NCBI GenBank assembly: GCA_029778565.1
Contig: JAKOQC010000249.1
Span: 45,611 to 109,610 of the forward strand
Source of the DNA: a bacterium
Lineage (GTDB): Bacteria; Patescibacteriota; Saccharimonadia; CAILAD01; BJGX01
Direction: 5' to 3'
DNA: 64,000 nucleotides
Under the pieces are notes generated by a model. It saw only the letters and a list, made by a program, of their open reading frames with translations, made no database searches and was not told where the DNA came from. Both the position numbers and the translations under genes were made by a program. Below are positions 1-9,167 of this stretch, piece after piece. Position 1 is the stretch's first letter, and each line of letters opens with the position of its first letter.

Positions 1-1
1 T

Positions 2-1036
2 GCAGCTTTATTTGTACCAATCGTAAAACGCTTCGCCTTTAAGGTAGGAGCGGTTGATAAGCCAAGTAAGATTGCTCGTAAAATACATACCAAAACGATG
101 GCCAGGGGTGGGGGAATTGCAATCTTTTTAAGCTTTCTCATTGTTAATTTAGCCCTTATAGGTCTCCACTGGTGGCAGTTTTGGGGTTTAATTGTGGCTT
201 CTACTATTGTAATGGCAGTTGGATTGCTTGATGATATTAAACGTTTGCCTGCAACAACTAAGCTGATAGTTCAAATTCTGGCCGCATTTGTAGCCATTTT
301 TGTATTTGGCATTCAGATAGAAGGCCTTTCAAATCCATTTACGCAAGGTGTGTTAGCATTCGACCCACATATAACTTTTGCGTTATTGCACCATACTATC
401 CAAATTAATATAATTGCTGTAATTATTACAACTATTTGGCTTGTTGGAATGACCAATACTATGAATTTTGTTGATGGAATAGATGGTCTTTCTGGTGGTG
501 TGGCAGCAATTGCAGCCTTTGTTATGTTTGCTCTGGCTATCGGGCCAAAAGTAGACCAGCCTCAAACCGCAGTAGTGGCGATTGTTTTGACTGGTGGTTG
601 TCTAGGGTATTTGATTTACAATTTTCATCCTGCCAAGATTTTTAATGGTGATTCAGGAGCGTATTTCTTGGGTATGGCACTGGGTATTCTGGCTATCTTT
701 TCGGGTGCTAAGCTAGCTACCGCTGCACTTGTACTTGGCGTGCCAATAATAGACGCTACCTGGGCGGCCTTACGACGTATTCTGCAAGGTCGCTCTCCGT
801 TTAGCGCCGATAGGGGGCATTTACATCATCTCTTACTTGATGTTGGTCTCTCGCAGCGTCAGGCAGCGCTGCTAATATACGCACTTTGTGCCATATTTGG
901 CGGTATTGCACTTATTGCATCACCAGAACAAAAACTTGTGGCTATCTTCTCACTCATAGTTTTAATTATGCTGTTATTCTTGCTACTTACACTCTTGCGC
1001 CGCCGGAAGAATCAGAATAAAAACCAGCTTACGTAA
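2..1036 (+). CDS. MraY/WecA-family glycosyltransferase 4 (undecaprenyl-phosphate GlcNAc-1-P transferase), 5' end outside window
   Basis: Frame open from position 2 (AALFVPIVKRFAFKVGAVDKP...); motifs GLLDD, NTMNFVDGIDGL, FNGDSG, DRGHLHH; multiple TM helices. Confidence 0.9.
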   Translation, partial: AALFVPIVKRFAFKVGAVDKPSKIARKIHTKTMARGGGIAIFLSFLIVNLALIGLHWWQFWGLIVASTIVMAVGLLDDIKRLPATTKLIVQILAAFVAIFVFGIQIEGLSNPFTQGVLAFDPHITFALLHHTIQINIIAVIITTIWLVGMTNTMNFVDGIDGLSGGVAAIAAFVMFALAIGPKVDQPQTAVVAIVLTGGCLGYLIYNFHPAKIFNGDSGAYFLGMALGILAIFSGAKLATAALVLGVPIIDATWAALRRILQGRSPFSADRGHLHHLLLDVGLSQRQAALLIYALCAIFGGIALIASPEQKLVAIFSLIVLIMLLFLLLTLLRRRKNQNKNQLT

Positions 1037-1066
1037 TTGACACCTTAGCACCAGATGTGCTAGTAT
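1037..1066 (+). promoter_or_regulatory. sigma70 promoter with overlapping inverted repeat TAGCAC-N5-GTGCTA
   Basis: TTGACA 1037-1042, TAGTAT 1061-1066, palindrome 1046-1062. Confidence 0.55.
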
Positions 1067-1090
1067 TTCTATGTAAGAGGGCAAATAAAC

Positions 1091-1474
1091 GTGAATGGTA
1101 AGAACCTTCAAGAGTTAATTAAGAATCTACAAGTCTTTTACACCTGTCCTTCTTGCGGTGCACATTATCGTAATGAGGATATTGCTTTTTTAGGACGTGT
1201 AGATGAGCACTGCTTTATGCAGCTTACCTGCCAGGCCTGCTCATTGCCAATCTTGGCTACTGTACTGCTTGCTAGTCAGATAGAAAAATCTGTTAAAGCT
1301 GACGGTGCACGAGCTAACTTTGCTACTTCGACGCCTCGAAAACGATTTCGCTCCGACTTAAAACGCGGTGAGAAAGCTAAGTTTAGTGGTTCAAGCGAGA
1401 TTAGCAGCTCTGAAATTGCCAACCTTCATCTTTATTTGTCTAATAATTCGACAGATTTACACACTTATTTTTAG
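1091..1474 (+). CDS. hypothetical zinc-ribbon protein
   Basis: CPSC...CQAC pair, GTG start, upstream of rplY. Confidence 0.7.
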   Translation: MNGKNLQELIKNLQVFYTCPSCGAHYRNEDIAFLGRVDEHCFMQLTCQACSLPILATVLLASQIEKSVKADGARANFATSTPRKRFRSDLKRGEKAKFSGSSEISSSEIANLHLYLSNNSTDLHTYF

Positions 1475-1480
1475 TTTATT

Positions 1481-2173
1481 ATGGAAAAAATCAATCTTAT
1501 AGCCCACAAGCGAGAGGTTTTTGGGAAAAAACTTCGTACTGTCCGCAAAGCCGGTGATGTTCCGGCTATTGTCTATGGACAAGAAAAAGAACCAGAGCCA
1601 GTAACCGTTAATGCACACGAATTTACCAAGATTTATGCCCGTGCTGGTCATAACACTATTATCGATCTTAAAATCGATCAAGATGCTAGTGACAACGTTT
1701 TAATTCAAGATGTAGCCACAGATCCTATTAATGGCGATATTACTCATGCCGACTTTTATCGCGTAAATATGAGCCAGGCAATTCGTACCTCGGTACCAAT
1801 CCACTTTGTCGGTGATGCTCCAGCTGTTTACCAAGATGAAGGTACACTACTTACCAATATTGAAGAAGTAGAAGTAGAGACACTTCCAGCTAAGTTGCCT
1901 GCTAATATAGAAGTGGATATTTCTAGTCTTGATGACTTTGAAAAGGCTATTCATATCTCAGATCTTAAGGTTCCAGAAGGTGTAGAGATTCTCGATGATC
2001 CCGAAGAGCTTGTTTGTAAGGTAGATCCACCACGCTCAGAAGAAGAACTAGAAGCTCTTAACGAAGAGATAGTAGAAGAAATGCCTGCCGAAGAAGGTGC
2101 AGAAGCTAGTGAAGAAGCTGGTGAAGCCGAAGGCGGTAGCGAAGATAAGCCCGCTGAAAAACCTGCTGAGTAA
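1481..2173 (+). CDS. rplY: 50S ribosomal protein L25 (CTC form)
   Basis: R.....VPAIVYG, HADFY, C-terminal beta domain and acidic tail. Confidence 0.95.
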   Translation: MEKINLIAHKREVFGKKLRTVRKAGDVPAIVYGQEKEPEPVTVNAHEFTKIYARAGHNTIIDLKIDQDASDNVLIQDVATDPINGDITHADFYRVNMSQAIRTSVPIHFVGDAPAVYQDEGTLLTNIEEVEVETLPAKLPANIEVDISSLDDFEKAIHISDLKVPEGVEILDDPEELVCKVDPPRSEEELEALNEEIVEEMPAEEGAEASEEAGEAEGGSEDKPAEKPAE

Positions 2174-2192
2174 ATTAACCAGCTAATACATT

Positions 2193-2231
2193 AAAAATAC
2201 CTCAGAATAGATAAGTCTGAGGTATTTTTTT
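2193..2231. terminator. bidirectional intrinsic terminator
   Basis: AAAAATACCTCAGA-loop-TCTGAGGTATTTTTT between convergent rplY and nrdR. Confidence 0.85.
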
Positions 2232-2625
2232 AGCTATGTTCTGCTAGATAGTGAAGATAAGCCTTCTTATCTATTGGTTTAATGGTTGCCAGGGTAAGAC
2301 TAGCTAGTTCTTTGCTCGATACGGTGGCATCGTTTTGCTCTAGTAACTTTATTTCTACCGTATCAGCTAGTTTATCAATCAGTGCATAATCTTTGCTGTT
2401 GCCCTGAAAACTCTGGGCGATACTCATATAGAGCTGAGAGCGGTGATAGGGGGAGGCAGAATTATTTTTGGTGATAGCTACGTGTTGCATATCTGGTTTC
2501 TCAAAGGTAGTAAAGACCCGCTTGCAGTTTCTGCAATACTTACGGCGCCATGTCTGGGTTTGGCTACGAGTAGATCGCGAATTGGTTGTGCTTGTACTGG
2601 TGGAGTTACAAAATACACATTTCAT
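2230..2625 (-). CDS. nrdR: NrdR-like transcriptional repressor (Zn ribbon plus degenerate ATP-cone)
   Basis: MKCVFC...NSR...WRRKYCRNCKRVFTTFE; start moved to ATG at 2625. Confidence 0.8.
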   Translation of the reverse strand: MKCVFCNSTSTSTTNSRSTRSQTQTWRRKYCRNCKRVFTTFEKPDMQHVAITKNNSASPYHRSQLYMSIAQSFQGNSKDYALIDKLADTVEIKLLEQNDATVSSKELASLTLATIKPIDKKAYLHYLAEHS

Positions 2626-2700
2626 ATCTATATATTGACATACTACTATAAAAAAAACCAGTGGAAAAGGTACCAAATTTCTGGGGACAAGTAATAATAT

Positions 2701-2716
2701 GTTCGTATTATGTTTG
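2701..2716 (+). promoter_or_regulatory. candidate LexA/SOS box (GTTCG-TATTATG-TTTG)
   Basis: Similar direct repeat upstream of rmuC and comM; lies in the dinB promoter. Confidence 0.6.
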
Positions 2717-2751
2717 CTTTTATATCTATAAAAAATTACAATAAAGAAGCT

Positions 2752-4017
2752 ATGCAAAAACTTATTAACCAGTTGCCCAAACCCAAACCATATTCAACAC
2801 TTTATATCGATATGGATTCTTTCTTTGCTTCTGTTGAGCAGTTTTATCACCCCGAGCTTAGAGGTAAACCAGTTGGGGTGGCTACCGGTACGACTGCAGG
2901 GGCCAGTATTGTGGCTGCTTCGATAGAAGCGAAGAGAAGGGGCGTACGAGGAGGGGTAAAAATTGATGTTGCACGACGTTTGTGTCCGGGAATAGCCATT
3001 GTGAGTGATAGCCCACATTCGTATAGAGCTATTCATCGGCAAATAATGGCTGTTTTGCAGGCCACGCCATGCATGGTAGAGGCCAAAAGTATCGACGAGG
3101 CAGTACTAAGAATTCCACATTATATGCAAAATCGTAATGATATTTTTGCTTTAATAAAAGCAATAAAAGCTAATTTATACAAAATGTATAACGAACATAT
3201 ATATTGTTCTATTGGGGTATCGAGCAATATGTGGCTGGCGAAGATGGCAGCGAGTTATAAAAAGCCCAATGGTGTATATATAGTACATAATAAGCTGGCG
3301 GAATTTTATACAGATCATTCTCTCTTAGATCTTACGGGTATTAACTACCGTATGAGACGTCGTTTGCACGCCTTACAAATACTTACACCCCTCGATCTTT
3401 ATTGTGCACCACAACCATTCTTGCGTAGGTCGTTGGGGGTAGAGGGCGAGAAGTGGTATTTTCGAATGCGCGGGTATGAGGTAGATAGACGACCTTTGGT
3501 AAAACAGCGCTCGTTAAGCCATCAAGTTACTACTATTCCAGATTATCCAGATAATTTAGAAAAAATTACAACATATTTAGTAAAGATATCTGATGTTCTT
3601 GGTAGAAGATTAAGAGAAAAGCATCTAAAGGCCCGTTCTGTTTATCTTAGCCTGCGTTTAGAAAATAATACCTACTTGATGAGTGAGTTTAAAAACGTTG
3701 CAGAATTTAATGATTCATTAGTTTTAACCAATTATTTAAAAATGTTGTTAAAAAAACTAGAAATTAATGTAAGGGTTATTAAGATAACGGTAGGTGTGGG
3801 TAAAGTTAGCGAGAGTTGGCAACTCGATTTTGATAGCCATATAAAGCAGAGGCGGGCAAATACGGTGTATGCAGCACTCGATAGGATATCGCAAAAATAC
3901 AATAAGGCCGATCTGGTGCGGTCACTTAAACTGAGTAATAGTGATTTTATAGACTTAGAGCGAGTGGGTTTTGCCGGCGATATTATTCGCCATACTTCAG
4001 ATTTGGCAAACTATTAG
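2752..4017 (+). CDS. dinB: Y-family DNA polymerase IV
   Basis: YIDMDSFFASVEQ, SIDE, SIGVSSN.WLAKMA; -10 TACAAT at 2737 supports ATG 2752. Confidence 0.92.
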   Translation: MQKLINQLPKPKPYSTLYIDMDSFFASVEQFYHPELRGKPVGVATGTTAGASIVAASIEAKRRGVRGGVKIDVARRLCPGIAIVSDSPHSYRAIHRQIMAVLQATPCMVEAKSIDEAVLRIPHYMQNRNDIFALIKAIKANLYKMYNEHIYCSIGVSSNMWLAKMAASYKKPNGVYIVHNKLAEFYTDHSLLDLTGINYRMRRRLHALQILTPLDLYCAPQPFLRRSLGVEGEKWYFRMRGYEVDRRPLVKQRSLSHQVTTIPDYPDNLEKITTYLVKISDVLGRRLREKHLKARSVYLSLRLENNTYLMSEFKNVAEFNDSLVLTNYLKMLLKKLEINVRVIKITVGVGKVSESWQLDFDSHIKQRRANTVYAALDRISQKYNKADLVRSLKLSNSDFIDLERVGFAGDIIRHTSDLANY

Positions 4018-4035
4018 GTATAATACATCAGATGT

Positions 4036-4112
4036 GGGTCCTTAGCTCAGTTGGCTAGAGCGCTTCCTTGACGTGGAAGAGGTCAGAGGTTCAAGTCCCC
4101 TAGGACCCACCA
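4036..4112 (+). tRNA. tRNA-Val(GAC)
   Basis: Cloverleaf GGGTCCT/AGGACCC, anticodon arm CTTCC-TTGACGT-GGAAG, GGTTCAAGTCC, encoded CCA. Confidence 0.97.
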
Positions 4113-4155
4113 CATTATAAACACCTGCCAGGTGTTTTTTGTTATAATAATGCTT

Positions 4156-6155
4156 ATGGAAAAGCATCCTCTGCAGTCAAAATATCCTGAGCTACATACG
4201 TCTAAGCCAGTAGAGCACGAGGTTGCCCGTCAGCGCCAGCATGGTGAGCGTATTCCCAATGAGCCGGCACCCAAGCTAGAAGCTTGGCTCCGCTTATTAG
4301 AGAGAACCCACACGGGTAAAGGTGGTAGTGAGGCCCGCCAAGCCGCGCAGCCACAAATATACGAGCGCATAAAAACTCTCTACCATCGTCCAACCCAAGA
4401 GGGCGGCTATATTACCGGTCTTGATGATGCCTCTATAGAACGCTATTTACACCATCAAGCCCGGATTGCCCACGAGCAAGGCCATGGCACCATTGAAGAT
4501 ATTATGGCCCGAGCAAATGACCAAGTGCGAGCCGAGGCCAGAGAGACTATCCGAACCGACCAAGAACGCAGTCTCGATGCTTGGTTGGATTATCTTATCT
4601 CTGATGATGCCACGTACCCAATGTGGTTTAAGTACTACACCTTCCGTAACATTACTCGTCTGGCTGACTATGACAAACAAAAAGGCGAGTTTCCGAAGCG
4701 TTCTAAATCTACTACTGCACCTTTTCCAGATATTAATCGCGAAGCCTTGGCATACATGGAAGACAGCTTAGCCAAACATTATGGCCTGAAAGCCATTGAC
4801 CCAGATAATACTGCCGAGCAAATAACACCAGAGACCAAAGCGCTCTTAGATAGAGATGCTAACTTTGCCAGTCTCTACAAGCGTGCTATTGAATACGCTG
4901 CTCCCAAACACGCCGAGAGTCTTAATGTTACCGATGGTCGCTGGGTAAAGTACGACCAGACAAGTGACAACAGTAAGAGTAAAGAGCTAGCTCACTCACT
5001 GCATGGCTATGGGACGGGCTGGTGTACGGCCGGCGAAGGCATGGCTCATAGCCAACTGAGTGGCGGTGACTTTTATATCTACTACACGAAGAGTGAAGAT
5101 GGTCAGTACTCGGTACCCCGTGTGGCTATCCGGATGCAAAACCAAGCTGGCCAGCAACGCATTGCCGAGGTGCGGGGAATTGAGACCGACCAGAACATGG
5201 AAGCTGAGTTGGTACCGATTGCCGATGCTAAGCTTGCTGAGATAGACTCCGCGGGTGCTGAAAGATATAAGAAATGCTCTGAGGACATGCGCCGTCTTAC
5301 CGAAATAGACAACCTACTTAAAGACAACCCAAATGCTGAGCTCAGCAAAGACCAGCTGAGATTTCTCTACGAACTAGATAGAAAGATTGAAGGCTTTGGC
5401 TATGAGAAGGACCCACGGATTGCCGAGATCTTACAAACTCGTAACCCGAGGGCTGATTTGGCTTTTGTATTAGATCTACAGCCAGAACAAATTAGTCTGT
5501 CTAAAAGTGAAGCCTTGATCGGTAATATACTCTATCACCATGGTGATCTCGAGCTCAGCGACCTCACCACCGCCAAAGGCATATATCTGCCAGCGAATGT
5601 TGGCGGGTATCTCAGCCTTAACAGCCTCACCACCGCCGAAGGCTTACACCTACCCGAGACGATCGGTGGTGATCTCTACCTCAACGGCCTGCACACCGCC
5701 GAAGGCTTGCACCTGCCCAAGACGATCGGTGGTGGCCTCTACCTTAGTGGCCTGACCACCGCCGAAGGCTTGCACCTGCCCAAGACGATCGGTGGTGATC
5801 TCTACCTTAGTGGCCTGACCACCGCCGAAGGCTTGCACCTGCCCAAGACGATCGGTGGTGATCTCTACCTTAGTGGCCTGACCTCGGCCGAAGGTTTACA
5901 GCTACCCGAGACGATCGGTGGGTCTCTCTTCCTCGGGGCCTGACCTCGGCCGAAGGTTTACAGCTACCCGAGACGATCGGTGGTGATCTCGACCTCAGAG
6001 GCCTGACTTCGGCCAAAGGTTTACAGCTACCTAAGACAATCGGCGGGGTAATTAGTATCTATAATCTACCCACTAGCGAAAGGTTATTACTCGAAAAGGA
6101 GTATCCACAATTTGCAGATAAATGGCAATGGTTTCCTGAATATTACGAAGAATAA
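4156..6155 (+). pseudogene. CPR hypothetical protein with C-terminal 21-aa LRR-like repeats, frameshifted at 5935-5938 (ORF stops at 5943; shifted frame ends at TAA 6155)
   Basis: GWCTAG/DFYIYY/PRVAIRM/EVRG core; the repeats continue in another frame after a 1-nt loss in a G run. Confidence 0.75.
5542..6047 (+). repeat. 8 tandem 63-bp coding repeats (GDLYLSGLTTAEGLHLPKTIG)
   Basis: 63-nt period visible directly; central copies nearly identical. Confidence 0.95.
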
Positions 6156-6302
6156 GAAGAAGAAGAACCAGAAGAGATAGAGGAATAATTAAAAATAATG
6201 GTTAAAATTGTTTGTTAAGTGCAAGATTGTCTTTATTTGCAATAAAAATAATTGCAATACTTTCTCTTGTATAAATACATAATTTCTTGGTATAATAACA
6301 CG

Positions 6303-6454
6303 TAGTTACATAAGACGAAGTAGCAGACCTCACCAACCTGCGAAGTCTCGCTGGTATATGGCGTACATATGCAAAAGAGAGATCCGCCATGGATAAACCA
6401 AGTGGAACCTCCCAGACCGTTCTGGGACTTGGTAGATAGGGCGGTTTTTGTTTT
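6303..6454 (+). promoter_or_regulatory. T-box riboswitch (Thr) with ultra-short stem I
   Basis: Antiterminator CCAAG-TGGAACC-TCCCAGA/TCTGGGA-CTTGG (6398-6432); competing terminator 6414-6447 plus U tract; directly upstream of thrS. Confidence 0.8.
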
Positions 6455-6467
6455 ATAAGGAGAAATC

Positions 6468-8285
6468 ATGACAGATGCAAACTTAGATAAGATTCGCCAT
6501 AGCCTAGCACATATAATGGCAGCGGCCGTGCAAAAGCTTCATCCAGAAGCTCAGTTTGGCGTAGGTCCGGTAATAGAAAATGGGTTTTATTACGATATTA
6601 AGCTCGATAACCCACTTGATGCTCAGGAGCTGAAAAAAGTACAGAAAGAGATGAAGAAACTTATCTCTGCCAAAATAGACTTTGTACGCGAAGAGTGGCC
6701 GATAGATGAGGCTATAAAGTACTTCAAAGAACATAAGCAAGGTTTTAAGGTAGAGTTACTACAAGATTTAAAAACAAAAGGTACCACGGCAGTGGCAGAT
6801 GCTGGCGATTCAGATTTAATTGACAATTCAGTTGAGAAAATTACAACAGTTAGTGTATATAAAACAGGCAATTTTATCGATCTTTGTCGTGGCCCACATA
6901 TAAAGAACACCAGCGAAATAGATGTTGATAGCTTTAAGCTCGATAAAGTAGCTGGAGCCTACTGGCGGGGTAATGAAAACAATCCTCAGATGCAACGTAT
7001 CTATGGGGTGGCTTTTGAAAACAAGGCTGGTCTCGAAGTGTATCAGCAAATGGTAATAGAAGCTGAGAAGCGAGATCATCGCAAGCTGGGTCAGCAACTC
7101 GATTTATTTACCTTTTCTGATTTGGTAGGTCCTGGTCTGCCACTGTACACACCCAAAGGTACAGTGCTTATTAATCAGCTCAAAGCCGCATTAAATGAAA
7201 TTAGTAATAAGTATGATATGCAGCCAGTATCTATTCCTCATCTGGCAAAGCTTGATTTATATAAAATCTCTGGGCATGCTGAGAAATTTGAAGATGAGTT
7301 ATTTAAGGTAGAAAGTCATTACAAGCAGGAGTTTGTGCTTAAGCCAGTAAATTGTCCTCACCATACCCAAATATACGCATCGCGGCCACGTAGTTATCGC
7401 GACTTGCCAATTCGTTATATCGAGCAAACCATGCAATATCGCGACGAAAAGCCAGGGCAAATAGGTGGCTTACAACGTACTCGTGGATTTACCGTTGATG
7501 ATGGACATACATTCTGTCGAGTTGATCAGATAAAACATGAGGCCGAGATGATAGCCGAGATTATTGAGAGCTTTTATAAAAACTTAGGATTATGGGGTAA
7601 CCATTGGGTTTCACTCTCGGTTAGAGATCCTAAAAAACCTGAGGCTTACATTGGCGAACCATCTGATTGGGATGAGGCCGAGCAAATGTTAAAAGAAATT
7701 GCCCAAGAGAGAGGCTTGGATGCTAAACGAATGGAAGGCGAGGCGGCTATTTATGGGCCAAAGCTCGATTTTATGTTTAAAGACGCTCTCGGGCGCGAAA
7801 CTCAGCTTGCCACCATTCAGCTCGATTTTGCTATGCCAAAGCGTTTTGAGCTGGTCTATACGGACGAGACAGGTAAAGAAAAGAATCCAGTTATGATCCA
7901 TCGGGCAATTTTAGGATCGTTTGAGCGCTTTATTATGTTATTAATAGAACATTTTGCCGGAGCATTTCCGGTATGGCTGGCACCAGAACAGGCAAGAGTA
8001 TTGCCGGTATCAGATAAATTTAACAAATATGCACATGAAGTTGCATTAAAACTAAAAGAAGCAGGTGTACGTGTAGAAACAGATGATAGCTCTGAATCTT
8101 TAGGCAAGAAAATTCGTAATGTTGAGATGATGAAGGTTCCATACGCACTTATTGTAGGAGAAAAAGAGCAAAAAAGCCGCTCGGTATCTGTACGCCGCTA
8201 TCAAAAAGGCGATGAAGGTCAGCAGAAAGTTAATGTATTTATAACAACATTATTGAAAAATATATCTGATAAGTCACTCAATTAG
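6468..8285 (+). CDS. thrS: threonine--tRNA ligase (lacks N-terminal TGS domain)
   Basis: RHSLAH, DLCRGPH, RDHRKLG, KPVNCPHH, YGPKLD, HRAILGS.ERF. Confidence 0.98.
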   Translation: MTDANLDKIRHSLAHIMAAAVQKLHPEAQFGVGPVIENGFYYDIKLDNPLDAQELKKVQKEMKKLISAKIDFVREEWPIDEAIKYFKEHKQGFKVELLQDLKTKGTTAVADAGDSDLIDNSVEKITTVSVYKTGNFIDLCRGPHIKNTSEIDVDSFKLDKVAGAYWRGNENNPQMQRIYGVAFENKAGLEVYQQMVIEAEKRDHRKLGQQLDLFTFSDLVGPGLPLYTPKGTVLINQLKAALNEISNKYDMQPVSIPHLAKLDLYKISGHAEKFEDELFKVESHYKQEFVLKPVNCPHHTQIYASRPRSYRDLPIRYIEQTMQYRDEKPGQIGGLQRTRGFTVDDGHTFCRVDQIKHEAEMIAEIIESFYKNLGLWGNHWVSLSVRDPKKPEAYIGEPSDWDEAEQMLKEIAQERGLDAKRMEGEAAIYGPKLDFMFKDALGRETQLATIQLDFAMPKRFELVYTDETGKEKNPVMIHRAILGSFERFIMLLIEHFAGAFPVWLAPEQARVLPVSDKFNKYAHEVALKLKEAGVRVETDDSSESLGKKIRNVEMMKVPYALIVGEKEQKSRSVSVRRYQKGDEGQQKVNVFITTLLKNISDKSLN

Positions 8286-8291
8286 ACCAGC

Positions 8292-9155
8292 ATGTCGAAA
8301 ATGATTACTATTCTTGGCCCAACAGCATCTGGAAAGACTGTTATGGCGGTAGAACTAGCTAAAAAGTTTAATGGTGAGATAGTTTGTGCCGATAGTCGCA
8401 CTATCTATAAGAATATGAATATCGGTACGGCTAAACCTACAAAAGTAGAACAACAAAACGTTCCTCATCATCTATTAGATATCGTTTTGCCAGGTGAAGT
8501 ATTTAGTGTATTAGAATTTCAAAAGCTAGCAAGGTCTTGTATTGCAGATATTCAAAAGAGAGGTAAGCTACCGTTCTTAGTTGGCGGGAGCGGACTCTAT
8601 ATAGATTCGGTTTTATTTAATTACTCATTTCAGCGCAGCTCTGTGGGCAGAGTAGTGACCAAAAATTTATCGCTACAACAATTGCAGAGTAGAGTAAAGG
8701 CAGAGTTTCCAGAAATTGAATTAAATAATTCAGACATACATAATCAACGTCGGTTAGAGCAAATCTTAAGTCGTGGGATGGTAAAAAGTGATGACAGAAA
8801 AAAACAGAAAATTGATAGCTTAGTGTTAGGTTTGGACATAAAAATACCAGTATTAAAGAAAAATATAGCCCAAAGAACAGAATCTATGTTGAATAAAGGT
8901 TTTATTCAAGAAGTAGAAAATATCATCTCTACGTTTGGTGAGGATTGCCCGCAATTACATACAACCGGATACAAAGAAGTTTTAGATTTTATTCATTCTG
9001 GCACAACCAAAAACCAGCTGGAACTACAAATTAACTCGGCTACCTACCAACTAGCTAAGAAGCAAATAACTTGGTTTAAACGCAACCCTGATATTATTTG
9101 GGTGAATACCTTTGCAGAGGCAGAAAGAAACGTATCAGATTACCTTAAGCTTTGA
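8292..9155 (+). CDS. miaA: tRNA dimethylallyltransferase
   Basis: GPTASGKT, DSRTIY.MNIGTAKP, VGGSGLY, AKKQITWF. Confidence 0.95.
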   Translation: MSKMITILGPTASGKTVMAVELAKKFNGEIVCADSRTIYKNMNIGTAKPTKVEQQNVPHHLLDIVLPGEVFSVLEFQKLARSCIADIQKRGKLPFLVGGSGLYIDSVLFNYSFQRSSVGRVVTKNLSLQQLQSRVKAEFPEIELNNSDIHNQRRLEQILSRGMVKSDDRKKQKIDSLVLGLDIKIPVLKKNIAQRTESMLNKGFIQEVENIISTFGEDCPQLHTTGYKEVLDFIHSGTTKNQLELQINSATYQLAKKQITWFKRNPDIIWVNTFAEAERNVSDYLKL

Positions 9156-9167
9156 TACAATAAGTGT

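Noticed and set aside
2626-2757. Extended N-termini of nrdR and dinB from the ORF track (overlapping divergent starts)
   Set aside because: The region holds promoter elements; family-typical starts are at 2625 (nrdR) and 2752 (dinB)
5941-5943. TGA read-through or genetic code 25
   Set aside because: The repeat continues in a different frame, not past the TGA; miaA, murT, the ABC ATPase and pheS all end normally at TGA
5542-6047. 63-bp repeats as a CRISPR array
   Set aside because: Contiguous in-frame coding repeats with no unique spacers and no cas genes
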